64,000 bases of DNA from a virus (Duplodnaviria > Caudoviricetes), in IMG/VR virus record IMGVR_UViG_3300024262_000013. One strand, written 5' to 3'. Both the position numbers and the translations under genes were made by a program. The notes below the pieces were generated by a model. The model was given only the letters and a program-made list of their open reading frames with translations. It made no database searches and had not been told where the DNA came from. Position 1 is the first letter of the stretch, and each line of letters begins with the position of its first letter. Below, in pieces: positions 19,612 to 31,156 of this stretch.

Positions 19612-21450
19612 ATGGCTAACCGTAAGATATCGTACACAGACAGAGATTTTCAATCCTTAAGACAGGAATTGATTAATTACACACAACAGTATTACCCCGA
19701 ATTAATTGGTAATTTTAATGATGCATCCATTTATTCGGTGTTTATGGATTTAAATGCCGCTATCGGAGATAATCTACATTACCACATGGACCGTAGTATT
19801 CAGGAGACGGTTTTACAATACGCGCAACAAAAATCATCGATATATAATATAGCTAGAACCTATGGATTAAAAATACCGGGTAATAGACCGTCAATAGCTT
19901 TAATTGATGTTTCCATTACCGTACCGGCTTTAGGTGACCAAGAAGATGAAAGATATCTAGGTAATATGAGAGCGGGGTCACAATTTGTGGGTGGAGGTCA
20001 AGTTTTTGAGAACCCTAATGATATTGATTTTAGTTCACAATATAATAGTGAAGGGTACCCTAATCGTACTAAAATACCAAATTTTGATGCAAATAACCGA
20101 TTAATTAATTATACTATGACTAAACGAGAGGTTGTGGTTAATGGGTTAACTAAGACGTTTAAAAAAATTATCAATAATAATGATGTTAGACCATTCTATG
20201 AATTTTTCTTACCAGAAAAAAATGTTATTAGTATAACATCCATAATACAAAAGGATGGTACAAATTATCAATCACCACCAACATATGATGAGTTTATTAA
20301 TGCCCCTAATAGGTGGTATGAAGTTGATGCACTTGCCGAGTCTAAAATTTTCATTGAAGACCCAACAAAACCCGCTGACCAACCAGGGATTAAAGTTGGT
20401 AAATACATTGAGACTGAAACACGATTTGTTTCTGAGTACACACCTGAAGGGTATTGTAAGATAAATTTTGGTGGAGGTACAACAACACCTGAAGAACAAT
20501 TACAAGAGTTTACTAGAACGGGGATACCATTAAGAATACAGGATTATCAAAATAATATTGGATTAGGAGTTACGGTAAGGGCTAACACTACTTTATTTGT
20601 TCAGTATCGAATTGGTGGAGGTAAATCGTCTAATGTTGGTGTTAACGTAATAACTCAATTTGGGACAACATATTTTGATGTAAATGGACCATCTAGTCCA
20701 ATTAGTCAGAATGTTAGTGAAAGTTTAAGGGTAACCAATGTAACCGCGGCTATCGGAGGTGGAGACTTACCAACTACTGAGGAAGTAAGAAATATGGTTT
20801 CGTTTAATTTTGGAGCACAAAAAAGAGCAGTTACCGTTAATGATTATAACTCATTAGTTAGAACAATGCCAAGTAGGTATGGGGCGCCAGCTAAGGCGGC
20901 AATTACCGAAGAAGATAATAAAATTAAGATTGAGATATTATCCTATGACACTCAAGGAAAACTAACGGAGTCAATCTCTAATACATTAAAACAAAATATA
21001 GCAAACTACTTATCGCATTATAGAATGATAAATGATTACATATCTATATCTAGCGCTAATGTGGTTGATTTAGAATTTGAACTTTCAGTAGTTATGGATT
21101 CAACACAAAACCAGGGGCAAATTATTACAAGTATTATTAATTCGGTAGATAGTTATTTCTCACCACAAAAACAACAATTAGGGTTTAATGTAAATGTTTC
21201 TGATGTTAGACGAATTGTGCAAGATATACCTGGTGTCATATCTCTTTCAGATTTAAAAGTTTTTAATAAAGTAGGTGGTAGATACTCTAACTCTCAAACA
21301 TCTCAAAAATATTCGGACAGTCAAACCAAACAGATAAAGTTAATTGATGATACGATATTCGCTCAACCAAATCAGGTTTATCAAATAAGATTTCCTAATA
21401 CGGATATTAAAGTGAGAGCTAAGTCACTTAAAAATGTCGACTTCTCTTAA
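19612..21450 (+). CDS. Baseplate wedge protein, T4 gp6/P2 gpJ-like
   Basis: YTDRDFQSLRQEL, SIYNIARTYG, YRIGGG, AAIGGG...EEVR, RAVTVNDY motifs. Follows gp25. Confidence 0.88.
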   Translation: MANRKISYTDRDFQSLRQELINYTQQYYPELIGNFNDASIYSVFMDLNAAIGDNLHYHMDRSIQETVLQYAQQKSSIYNIARTYGLKIPGNRPSIALIDVSITVPALGDQEDERYLGNMRAGSQFVGGGQVFENPNDIDFSSQYNSEGYPNRTKIPNFDANNRLINYTMTKREVVVNGLTKTFKKIINNNDVRPFYEFFLPEKNVISITSIIQKDGTNYQSPPTYDEFINAPNRWYEVDALAESKIFIEDPTKPADQPGIKVGKYIETETRFVSEYTPEGYCKINFGGGTTTPEEQLQEFTRTGIPLRIQDYQNNIGLGVTVRANTTLFVQYRIGGGKSSNVGVNVITQFGTTYFDVNGPSSPISQNVSESLRVTNVTAAIGGGDLPTTEEVRNMVSFNFGAQKRAVTVNDYNSLVRTMPSRYGAPAKAAITEEDNKIKIEILSYDTQGKLTESISNTLKQNIANYLSHYRMINDYISISSANVVDLEFELSVVMDSTQNQGQIITSIINSVDSYFSPQKQQLGFNVNVSDVRRIVQDIPGVISLSDLKVFNKVGGRYSNSQTSQKYSDSQTKQIKLIDDTIFAQPNQVYQIRFPNTDIKVRAKSLKNVDFS

Positions 21451-21500
21451 ATCTATCCATATACTTTTGACAAAATCAAATTAAAATTAGGATGAATAAC

Positions 21501-21507
21501 TATTTAT
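21501..21507 (+). promoter_or_regulatory. TATTTAT motif
   Basis: Intergenic, upstream of ATG 21522. Confidence 0.45.
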
Positions 21508-21521
21508 CTTAAAAACTAATT

Positions 21522-24500
21522 ATGCCGAAATCAATTAGATTAAGAACACAACCTGGCGTCGATAGAAACATTAATGTTAAAATCGACCAAGATTTTGATT
21601 CTTTAGAAATTTTGTCTTTAAAATTAAGACAAGAAGACCTCTACACACAGTTCTGCGCTGACTATGGTGTGGTAGTTGGTCGTGTGATAGCTAATAATGG
21701 TTTAGGTATACCTAACGCCCACATCTCAATTTTTATACCGTTAGACGCTGTCGATGAGGTTGACCCAATTATATCGACCTTATATCCTTATAAATCACCT
21801 ACAACTAAAAATGAAGATGGTTATAGATATAATTTATTACCATATGAGGATGAATATTACGGACATAACGCCACAGGTACTTTTCCTACTGTTGATGATA
21901 TTTTAACACGTAAAGAAGTATTACAAGTATATGAAAAATATTATAAGTACTCAGTAAGAACTAATGAGTCTGGTGACTTTATGATTGTTGGTGTACCATT
22001 AGGTAGTCAAAAAATTGTTATGGATTTAGATTTATCTAATATGGGTGAATTTTCACTTCGACCTTCTGACCTAATAAGAATGGGTCGAGGGGTACCATCA
22101 CAATTTAACGGTCAATTATTTAAAGATTCAGAAGATATTTCTTCATTACCTCAAATAATGACTGAGATAAAAGACATTGATGTTGGGTCGTTTTGGGGTC
22201 AAGACGATATGTGTGATGTTGGTATTACAAGAGTTGATTTTGATTTAAGTGACCAAGGAGTTGAAATAACACCACATTCAACATTCATGGGTTCAGTATT
22301 TTCTTCAAATGATGGTGACTATATTAAGGCAACATGTAAACCTAAAAAAGATACCGGTAATTTATGTGACACAGTTGCGGGTCCTGGTGAAATTTTAGCG
22401 ATAAGACACACAATTCAAGAAGATGAAAATGGAGACCCAGTACTTGAACAATACCAATTAGAAGATGGTGGTAATGTCATAGATGATAATGGTACTTGGT
22501 TAATTGACATACCAATGAACCTGGAATATATGACCACCAACGAATTTGGTGAGAGAGTGATATCTATCGACCCCACTATTGGTGTCGCAACTAAATCAAA
22601 ATATAGGTTTAAAATTAAATGGCAAAATGAGGCGGGACTACAAACTCAAATTATGAGAGCCAATTATCTTATACCTAACATTAAAGAACATTGGTCACAA
22701 ACTCCTGAGTCAGGACAAAACCCCGCATCTATAGGTAATTCAGGTGGAGTAGACTTAAATAAATCTTATTCTTTTTCACTGGATTGGAATGATTATTACG
22801 ATAAAGATGCCGCAATAAAATGTGAGGATACGTTTTATTTATTTGGTTATAATAAAGTTTATACAACAGGGGCACATATAGACCGTTGGAAATATGGTCT
22901 CAGCCGGGCATCCCATTATGGTATAAAAGAAATACTTGATAAGTCCTGTATGAGTGAAAACAATCGTTTTCCTATGAATGACGGTCAAAGAAATTTTGAT
23001 TTTCTATTTTTCTTATTTAATATATTAATTGGTGTTATTACTCCTACTATTTTTGTTATTATACCGATAATGCATGTTTTAGCATTATTATACCCGATAT
23101 TTAGAATTATTATTAATATAATTCTTTGGATTGTCAATAAGTTAGTTTATGCGATTTGTAAGGTTGTTGCTTTCTTAAGTCGTAAGTTAAAAAAGAGTGA
23201 TTGTAAAAAAGAAACTATAAAACCACTATCGAAGGATAACCCATTTAAAAGGTTAACTCTTCCTATGATTACTTACCCCGATTGTGAGGCTTGTTCTTGT
23301 CAAGATACTCAAATGGCTCCAGCTGAAAGTGAAACTATTGATGATATGGATATTTTATTGGCGAATAATAACGAAAGTAATTTAGCCGATTTCGTAAGTA
23401 TTGGTGCGTATAATGATATTACCTGTTATGGTAATAATCTGGATGATGAATGTTTTGCGTGTTATAACGGTAATGATAATACTTCATTAGCTACACAATA
23501 CAACGGGGTTATGTTTTCAGGTTACGACCCTGAAGTACCTCCGACTTCACCATATATCACACCACCTAATAGTTGGTATAAAACTCCGTATAGTTTAGAA
23601 GAGGCCAGTCAGCAACATACCGTATTTAATACCTCAGTACCTCAATCATTAAACTTAATGAGTCAAAGGGAAAGGTATTTTAATACTTTAAGTTCAGGTT
23701 CTGCAAACGACTTACCTAACCGTATGAGAGTTGATGTGTTAAATAACCAATTTTCAACAAATGGTACACCTCAAACTGTACCATCCAATGGATTTAATCG
23801 ATATGAAGATATGCCACTTATAACTGTTATGGATGGTAATGTTGATATGGACAATGGTCAGTTATTAACATTTGTGGATGGTGAACTAGTTCCTGACCTT
23901 AACGTAAATAATACTGGATTAACTATTAATCAATATGGGTCACAATCCATTACAGGTACTATGGTTAGTAACCTCACCAATTATGTTCAACGACCTTGTA
24001 CATATATTAAACCAGATGGAACTGAAGTAACTTCACTATTAGATTTATATTCTCCGGTATCCGGAGCCTCATATACTTTTAAATCAGGTATTGAGTACTA
24101 TCAAGTAATCGGTAGTATGAGTATATCTGAAATTAGAACTTACTTTTCTGGCACTACCGCGAATTATCAAGATAAATCCATACTATGGAATTATTTTGTA
24201 GATAAACATACTGAATATTTTTGTACTGGGTTTCAGTTGGGTGCTGTTGATGTAGTAACCAGTAAATTGGCTTTAGATTATTTTGACGACTCAGACAACT
24301 TAAAAGTTTATTTCATTGCAAGGGGAGTGGACCCTTATTCTCCGAGACAAACATTAAGTTATGATGTCTCAAAAATATTTGGTGAGACTAGTTATGGGAA
24401 TGACCCTAATTATGTTTTTACAGGTGAATATTACCCAAATATTCCAATACAAAAAACAACAGGGACTTCGGATATTTTTACACCTAAACCCCATTATCCG

Positions 24501-26564
24501 GTTTTAAATAATATAAACGCTACGCCACAATTCGCGGACGTTACTAATAATAATGACGATGACTTATTTCATGGGTCTTATTTATTTACACCTACTACAA
24601 GTGCATTTAGTTCCTTTACAACTACCGCCCTTGCTTACTATTCGTCATTAGGTGTACAATGGGGTTCTTCAACATACATTAATAATAATGGTAGTACTGA
24701 TGGGAAAACTGTTAATACTCTCAGTAATGCAATTGCGGGTTCTTCATTAAATGACATAATGTCAATAAGTACTAGTGTAGGAACTAATGGTCAGGGACGT
24801 ATTGACGGTGCGTCGTATCAATGGACTAATATACAACCTAATTCAAATTTAAACTTCAATAACCCATCTCATAAAGGATTGACTATTTCTCCGTCATATT
24901 GGGTTTGGAATTCAATCGCTCCTAAAATAACTATAAGTAACTCGGATAAATTAGTTTTTAGGTCAGATAGATTACCTACTTCCTCAGTGAGAGACGTAGG
25001 CGGAACTTTCGCACCATACCAAGATTTTCCTTTACATTTAAATGAATCATTTACGTATTGGACCATTTCTGACAATGGTCAGAGCACCACAGTACCACCT
25101 AATAGTTCCGTGGGTAGTACAGATTCGTCTGGAAATATGGGTGACTTTGATGACGACCCCGACTCTAATTTCATGGCTAATGGGATTTTAGAAAGCTTCA
25201 CATGTGAAGGGTTAAAAGTTTTAGAATGTTATACAGGGGACGGGGATACTTTCGCAATAGATGACCCATGTGATTTAGATGATAGAACTCAAGGAGGATG
25301 TTACGTATTTGTAGATAACCCACTTATCGTTAGTATACCAAAAGATTTTAAATTTTTCTTTGAATGGAGAACGAGGTTTAGATTCATGTTTGGAGCGTGT
25401 AGAGGAGTTATTGGACATATGTTTCAAAATAACTGGATTAATGGTACCTTATACATGCCATCATTTCAAAAAAAGACTTTTTATAATAGTGATAATGAGG
25501 TAAAACGTTATAAGTATTGTGGTGACCCTCAATCAGGTTCAGGGGGACTATTCTTTGCTAATAGAGTAAACTGTGGTCCAATATATTTTAATACTGATAG
25601 TAACTCATTCTTCTATAGGTCGGCACCTTACTATAATGGAAATTTTAAACCCCAAACCCAATGTGACGGGGCACTTAATTCTATAGGGGGAAACGAGGGT
25701 AATATTTGGCAACCAACAACAATAATGGATTTGGGACCTAAAACTGACTTTCTAAAAGAAATTTTATTAACTCCAGAATTTCAAGGATATATTATTGATG
25801 AGGTTGAAAGTTCATCATATCAAGACATATCAGGATTATTAAATTTATTTATTATCTCACGATTAATTAGCTCATCTTTCTTAAATAATATTTTAGCTTC
25901 GGGAGACTCTTCGATACAAAAATTATTTTCTAGAGATAACGGAAATAATTTAATACAAAGATTTTTTGATTCAAGAGTTGACGGAGACTACGCTCAAATG
26001 ATTTCTATTAATACTGAGTTTGGAGTACTACCTTATTTATCAGGTAACTATGAGGATGAAGTTTCGGTGGCTGAGGGTATTATGGGTGTGTGGTTTACGG
26101 GTAGTACTAAAAGTACCTATAACACTATTGGTAGTACAGTTGCGGATAGAAGAATACTAGGTCCTGGCCAACTTACATTTTCAGAAAACCCTCTATTAGT
26201 AAACCAATTTAATTATCCTGGAACGCAAGTAGTACCATTTTATACTTGGAAATACGATAATAATAAATTATGGGGGGGTGAAGAGAATACGTGGAAAACT
26301 AATGTAGCTCAATCAGGACCTTATCAGGACGAGACATTTGATGGGGCTAATGAGTACCCTAAACCTTCTGCGGGGTTAGGTACAGGATATATATTTAATA
26401 GACCTATAAACGTTTATACTAATATAAACGCACCAAATGACGCTACCGGACAGGGTTTTCGAGTCGGTTCTCCGTTCCAAAACTATTTTGGATTGAAAAG
26501 GGGTAAAAGTGCGATGAATAGATTCATAACTAAATTTATATTTAATGCTGATTTAAATGGGTAA
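21522..26564 (+). CDS. Large putative baseplate-associated protein with an internal hydrophobic segment
   Basis: 1680 aa. N-terminal beta-sandwich-like GRVIANNGLGIPNAHISIF and a hydrophobic stretch at ~22995-23180. Function inferred from its position within the baseplate cluster. Confidence 0.55.
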   Translation: MPKSIRLRTQPGVDRNINVKIDQDFDSLEILSLKLRQEDLYTQFCADYGVVVGRVIANNGLGIPNAHISIFIPLDAVDEVDPIISTLYPYKSPTTKNEDGYRYNLLPYEDEYYGHNATGTFPTVDDILTRKEVLQVYEKYYKYSVRTNESGDFMIVGVPLGSQKIVMDLDLSNMGEFSLRPSDLIRMGRGVPSQFNGQLFKDSEDISSLPQIMTEIKDIDVGSFWGQDDMCDVGITRVDFDLSDQGVEITPHSTFMGSVFSSNDGDYIKATCKPKKDTGNLCDTVAGPGEILAIRHTIQEDENGDPVLEQYQLEDGGNVIDDNGTWLIDIPMNLEYMTTNEFGERVISIDPTIGVATKSKYRFKIKWQNEAGLQTQIMRANYLIPNIKEHWSQTPESGQNPASIGNSGGVDLNKSYSFSLDWNDYYDKDAAIKCEDTFYLFGYNKVYTTGAHIDRWKYGLSRASHYGIKEILDKSCMSENNRFPMNDGQRNFDFLFFLFNILIGVITPTIFVIIPIMHVLALLYPIFRIIINIILWIVNKLVYAICKVVAFLSRKLKKSDCKKETIKPLSKDNPFKRLTLPMITYPDCEACSCQDTQMAPAESETIDDMDILLANNNESNLADFVSIGAYNDITCYGNNLDDECFACYNGNDNTSLATQYNGVMFSGYDPEVPPTSPYITPPNSWYKTPYSLEEASQQHTVFNTSVPQSLNLMSQRERYFNTLSSGSANDLPNRMRVDVLNNQFSTNGTPQTVPSNGFNRYEDMPLITVMDGNVDMDNGQLLTFVDGELVPDLNVNNTGLTINQYGSQSITGTMVSNLTNYVQRPCTYIKPDGTEVTSLLDLYSPVSGASYTFKSGIEYYQVIGSMSISEIRTYFSGTTANYQDKSILWNYFVDKHTEYFCTGFQLGAVDVVTSKLALDYFDDSDNLKVYFIARGVDPYSPRQTLSYDVSKIFGETSYGNDPNYVFTGEYYPNIPIQKTTGTSDIFTPKPHYPVLNNINATPQFADVTNNNDDDLFHGSYLFTPTTSAFSSFTTTALAYYSSLGVQWGSSTYINNNGSTDGKTVNTLSNAIAGSSLNDIMSISTSVGTNGQGRIDGASYQWTNIQPNSNLNFNNPSHKGLTISPSYWVWNSIAPKITISNSDKLVFRSDRLPTSSVRDVGGTFAPYQDFPLHLNESFTYWTISDNGQSTTVPPNSSVGSTDSSGNMGDFDDDPDSNFMANGILESFTCEGLKVLECYTGDGDTFAIDDPCDLDDRTQGGCYVFVDNPLIVSIPKDFKFFFEWRTRFRFMFGACRGVIGHMFQNNWINGTLYMPSFQKKTFYNSDNEVKRYKYCGDPQSGSGGLFFANRVNCGPIYFNTDSNSFFYRSAPYYNGNFKPQTQCDGALNSIGGNEGNIWQPTTIMDLGPKTDFLKEILLTPEFQGYIIDEVESSSYQDISGLLNLFIISRLISSSFLNNILASGDSSIQKLFSRDNGNNLIQRFFDSRVDGDYAQMISINTEFGVLPYLSGNYEDEVSVAEGIMGVWFTGSTKSTYNTIGSTVADRRILGPGQLTFSENPLLVNQFNYPGTQVVPFYTWKYDNNKLWGGEENTWKTNVAQSGPYQDETFDGANEYPKPSAGLGTGYIFNRPINVYTNINAPNDATGQGFRVGSPFQNYFGLKRGKSAMNRFITKFIFNADLNG

Positions 26565-28305
26565 TCAAAAAAATAATCAAGATATTAGAATTGTTAGGGG
26601 TTCCGACCGTTATGCTGGGGCACCTGATACTGACCTATCTATACAGATACCTATAGAAAACAGTAAGAAAAGTATTATTGAAGGGGACCGAACAGTACTA
26701 TTAAATTTAGAAGAAAGGTTTGACCACGAACGACAAATCTCAACTAAATTTAGAATTGCCGGAAAAATAGTTAACTTGTTTGACAATACTGTTTCGGGTA
26801 GATGTAGTAATTATGCTCCATTTGAGAATGAGTTATATTTACTTAATCCAACACAAGTACTCATTAATTCAGGGGGTTCTATACCAAACGCCATATGGAC
26901 AGGATACCCACCCTATGATGAATTTAATTTTTTTCGTACAACAGGTATACCGAATCATATAATTTATCGTAGTAAAAGTGCCTCTACATATAATTGGTCA
27001 ACGTACATAACTTACCCATATAGTAATGATTCTGGTCAGACAATGACATATACTAATGAGGATAGCGGGAGTAGTCTTTCATTTCAGGTCTCGGATGGTA
27101 TACCGTATTCAATTAAAAATCGAGTCGTGAATGGTAAAAATATGATTAGTTTTTACTGTGGTTATAAACATAATATAAATGAAGGTGATTCTATATATTT
27201 ACAAACCCCTGTAAATGGTAAAAATGTTTTCGAGGTTTATAGTTTAGGTGACCAATCATTTGGAAATGAAGATAAGATAGTTAATGTTTATAACTATGGG
27301 TTTACTGGCGCAACAATTAGTAATGGTGCGATGGGTAACTTAAAAAGGGTTATAAACCCTAAAAATTCAGGAGAAACTATGTCTAAGTATTATGTGAGAA
27401 AACATAAAACATTGACTGATGTATCTAATACTGATTTACATAGGTTAGGTTTTGAAAGAAGTAACTTCCCTATCAGAAAAAAATTAGAATACTCAGCCTT
27501 AACACCTAACCAAGTGGGTAGAATATCTACTAAAGATGGTCGAGACGGAATTGGTTTTTCATTTGATAAAGATATTGACACAATATCTCTTTTGGATAAT
27601 CTTGGTAGACCATTAACCGAATTATTTGTGACAATTATTAATAAAGGGTATATGGGTTACTTTAATAGTCCACCACCTACCACACCCACTAAAGGATTAG
27701 AAATTGGGTGGAGTTTTAATTTCTTAAAAACCACAATAGATAATTGGTGGTCGAAATTAAACGTTAATAATAAAGATAATATTAATGTTGATTTTTATGA
27801 TAAACCAGGGGATAATGGTTTAAATATTAGATTTTATTATAATAAAGATTTACCTATTGGTACCACACTTAAGGGTGATGTATGCGAGTGGAATGAATTC
27901 GAACAAAAGGAAACGGTTACATCCCCAATTTCACATAAATACTCATTTAACCCCTCAGTGTATACAACTTCAGGTACGGTTAATTTACCTGATGGATACA
28001 CATATAGTCCACATCACTCAGTAAAGTTAAGAGTATATTCAGATTATATTGAGGTTGGAGATAGAGACGAGGTCAGTGGTGTACCTGATTACTCGTTCTT
28101 TTCGGAGTATGAAGGACAATGGAGGTGGAGAGACATATATTCCTATGGGTATGTAGATTCAAGTGGAAATGGGGTTAATAATCCTTTTTTAAATGGTGAA
28201 CACTATCCATTTGCTGATGTAATGTTTTTACAAACACCTTTAATGAAAAATAATAACGTTTTCAATAACATAAACTACCAACCTTTAATTGATAATTGTG
28301 AATAA
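26557..28305 (+). CDS. Putative structural protein
   Basis: 582 aa, overlapping both neighbours in the baseplate operon. No family recognised. Confidence 0.6.
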   Translation: MGNQKNNQDIRIVRGSDRYAGAPDTDLSIQIPIENSKKSIIEGDRTVLLNLEERFDHERQISTKFRIAGKIVNLFDNTVSGRCSNYAPFENELYLLNPTQVLINSGGSIPNAIWTGYPPYDEFNFFRTTGIPNHIIYRSKSASTYNWSTYITYPYSNDSGQTMTYTNEDSGSSLSFQVSDGIPYSIKNRVVNGKNMISFYCGYKHNINEGDSIYLQTPVNGKNVFEVYSLGDQSFGNEDKIVNVYNYGFTGATISNGAMGNLKRVINPKNSGETMSKYYVRKHKTLTDVSNTDLHRLGFERSNFPIRKKLEYSALTPNQVGRISTKDGRDGIGFSFDKDIDTISLLDNLGRPLTELFVTIINKGYMGYFNSPPPTTPTKGLEIGWSFNFLKTTIDNWWSKLNVNNKDNINVDFYDKPGDNGLNIRFYYNKDLPIGTTLKGDVCEWNEFEQKETVTSPISHKYSFNPSVYTTSGTVNLPDGYTYSPHHSVKLRVYSDYIEVGDRDEVSGVPDYSFFSEYEGQWRWRDIYSYGYVDSSGNGVNNPFLNGEHYPFADVMFLQTPLMKNNNVFNNINYQPLIDNCE

Positions 28306-29158
28306 ATTTAGATTTACCGTTAATAATAACGACACACAGATTAATTTACCTATTGAAATTAACTTTGATAATTTTGGTAGGGAAGACTTAATTAAACAGT
28401 ATGAGAATGATGTGCTTGAAGAAATTATTAACCCAGTTGAAGATTTTGAGACCACTAGGTATTCACATAAAGAGTGGTTAACAAATAATAATGAGCCTAA
28501 GAATGGGACAACATATGAGTTTTCATTTTTTAATCGGTCAATAGATATTAGTAATACCGTACCAGGAAATAGTAATTTATGGGTTTCTAATTACAACTAT
28601 GTTGACCCATCAGTTTATAATACATATAGTGGTATAACATTCACTAATAAAGAGTTATATTATTATGTTAATTCGTTTAAAAGGAGTTTTTTCAAGTTAG
28701 ATTTTTACGATTCTAATCAATCTGAAAACCAAAGGTTATATTTCACAATAGTAATACCGACTCAACAAGGAGAAAAACAACAAGTTGATATAGGGAGCCC
28801 AAGTATACCTAAACCTGTCGAGATAAGATTACCAACATTTAATTTAGATTATGTTGGGGATAAGGAAGGTTATTTTATTTATTGGTTAAAAAGTAGGGAA
28901 TATATAGATGTTAACACATTTTATATGTCCGCGAAATTCTTTAATGCTAAACTAGGTCAATTTGTGAGAATGACTAATAGACCACAGTCTAGTATGTCAG
29001 AAAAATTTAAATTTAATAAGTCTGAGTACTTTTATTATAAAGTTGACTTAGACGTTAGTAATTATGAATATGAGGTATTTGAAGGGTACGGATTAGGTAA
29101 TCGAGTTGGTCAGTTAACAAATGGCATAAAATGGTACGAATATGTTAATCCACAATAA
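28298..29158 (+). CDS. Putative structural protein
   Basis: The likely GTG start at 28298 overlaps the upstream stop (the ORF track starts at 28289). No family recognised. Confidence 0.6.
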   Translation: MNKFRFTVNNNDTQINLPIEINFDNFGREDLIKQYENDVLEEIINPVEDFETTRYSHKEWLTNNNEPKNGTTYEFSFFNRSIDISNTVPGNSNLWVSNYNYVDPSVYNTYSGITFTNKELYYYVNSFKRSFFKLDFYDSNQSENQRLYFTIVIPTQQGEKQQVDIGSPSIPKPVEIRLPTFNLDYVGDKEGYFIYWLKSREYIDVNTFYMSAKFFNAKLGQFVRMTNRPQSSMSEKFKFNKSEYFYYKVDLDVSNYEYEVFEGYGLGNRVGQLTNGIKWYEYVNPQ

Positions 29159-30240
29159 TGGAAGAAAAATATTATATAAAAATATCTCCTGAGTCAATAA
29201 AAGGTGATGTAATAACGGAATACTTTAGTGGTAATACTTTTGGTGTTTATACTGGTATGACTCAAATATTAAGTGGGGGAACTAATGGAGCTAGTTTATT
29301 AACGGGGTTGACCGTTCCGATAGTGTTTAGGCAAACTTATGAAAATTACGGGTTTTATACTCCTTTTGATGGTTTTGCTTTACAACAGGATGTAGTTTCT
29401 AATTTCATAACATCAGGTGACACAACAAATCAATATACTATAAGACTATTTAATACTTCTGATGAGTTTAAAGGGTTTTTAAAGTTAGCAAACTATATGG
29501 TTAATTGGGGTGATGGTAATAGCGAACCATTAACTTCAAACGCGCCACAATTTCTATCCCACACATACCCTAATATACCGACTAATTATACTATTACTTT
29601 AACTCAAAATAATCCATGGGGTCAGACAATAGTAGAAAAAAAGGTATATGTACCAACCACAGGTGTTACAATTAATAATCCTTACGGTAATATTACATTT
29701 ACACCTCAGGGAGGAAGTTGGTCGGGAATACCAATAAATTATAACTATATTTTTACGGGGGATAGTTCAAACACAGTACAAAGTCAGACATCTAATAATT
29801 TTACAACGGTACCATTTATATTAAGTGGTTTTAGTTCTTCAAGATTAACCGAACTAAAACTATACGGTACGACTCAATTTGATGTAACAACAACAGTAGT
29901 TAAGGGAGGTCAACCTTTTGGTAAGGTAGATGAAATAACTAGTGGTTATACATCGTACACAATAAATAATGTTCAGTACTACGATTACCTTGACGGTACA
30001 ACATTTTACATAGCCGAATCTTCAGGATTAACAAGTAATGAGTTAGTTGCATCAGCGATTACGAAACAAGAAGTATTAATTAACGTAGTTGACTCGCCAG
30101 AAATACAATCTGAAATATTTATTGAGAGAGGTAAGCTTTCAGGGTTTGAATCATTACAAAGACTTGGGGAGGTAGATAACTTAGGTGACATGGTATCTTA
30201 TGGGTATGGTTACTATAGAATAAACAATAATAACGAGTAA
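29158..30240 (+). CDS. Putative structural protein with a PKD-like motif
   Basis: YMVNWGDG...SHTY...YTITLT is PKD-like. TAATG-coupled to the upstream gene. Confidence 0.6.
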   Translation: MEEKYYIKISPESIKGDVITEYFSGNTFGVYTGMTQILSGGTNGASLLTGLTVPIVFRQTYENYGFYTPFDGFALQQDVVSNFITSGDTTNQYTIRLFNTSDEFKGFLKLANYMVNWGDGNSEPLTSNAPQFLSHTYPNIPTNYTITLTQNNPWGQTIVEKKVYVPTTGVTINNPYGNITFTPQGGSWSGIPINYNYIFTGDSSNTVQSQTSNNFTTVPFILSGFSSSRLTELKLYGTTQFDVTTTVVKGGQPFGKVDEITSGYTSYTINNVQYYDYLDGTTFYIAESSGLTSNELVASAITKQEVLINVVDSPEIQSEIFIERGKLSGFESLQRLGEVDNLGDMVSYGYGYYRINNNNE

Positions 30241-30245
30241 ATAAA

Positions 30246-31154
30246 ATGGCATTAGGAACATACGGAACAGTAAGACCAGCTGACATGTCTCCAGAAGATG
30301 TAGAGATAATTTTAAATTATACTCCATCAAGAGACGTTACAACAAATTTTGTTTTAACAAAACTGAACGCCGCAGATGTTTTAACACCTTATTTCCACAG
30401 TTCAACAACCGGTGGTAATGCTGATGTTGAAATATTAGGTGGTTTATATAATTTAAAACTCCCAGCTGAAGAATTTAATAAAATTGGTATATATACATTA
30501 TATATAAGACCTGTGGAGATACGGACAACAATTACTGATTGTGGTGTGTTATCATCATTACCTAACGTAAAAGGTATAATCATAGATTTAAATAGTGTAC
30601 CACAAGAGTTTAGAAACAGATTCATAAATCAAGGACTAATCGGGTATCGTATTGAATATTTAAATAGTGACGGCACTAAAATACCGAACTTTTATAGGGT
30701 CGTTACATCGGCATTTTACTGTGAGCCGGTAGTAACTAATTTAAGTAATAGTTCGCAGAAAGCGATTCGTTATAGATATGTTGACGGAGGAAGTGATTTA
30801 ATCTTCTGTACCGTATCACCTTCAAGTGCACCATCTAATAAAGCTAACGCGACACCATTCATTGGTCAACCTAATCAGAATATTGTGATGACTAATACTT
30901 TTTTTAATCCAATAAGTGTTGACGTGGAATTGGCGGAACACGATATAGATACATTAGCTATTGCGCTTTATGGTAATCAGACTAAGAGTATGGAAGACGG
31001 GATATACACAATGTATGATAGTAGTCTTAATATTTACAAACAATATAACTTATTTGAGATTAGAGATGAGTTTAATGATTTACTATATGAGGTTCGACAA
31101 GATAGGGACGATAATATTGATTTTAGTAAGAATTTCAACAATATAATTAACTAA
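30246..31154 (+). CDS. Putative structural protein
   Basis: 302 aa within the baseplate operon. No family recognised. Confidence 0.6.
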   Translation: MALGTYGTVRPADMSPEDVEIILNYTPSRDVTTNFVLTKLNAADVLTPYFHSSTTGGNADVEILGGLYNLKLPAEEFNKIGIYTLYIRPVEIRTTITDCGVLSSLPNVKGIIIDLNSVPQEFRNRFINQGLIGYRIEYLNSDGTKIPNFYRVVTSAFYCEPVVTNLSNSSQKAIRYRYVDGGSDLIFCTVSPSSAPSNKANATPFIGQPNQNIVMTNTFFNPISVDVELAEHDIDTLAIALYGNQTKSMEDGIYTMYDSSLNIYKQYNLFEIRDEFNDLLYEVRQDRDDNIDFSKNFNNIIN

Positions 31155-31156
31155 GT

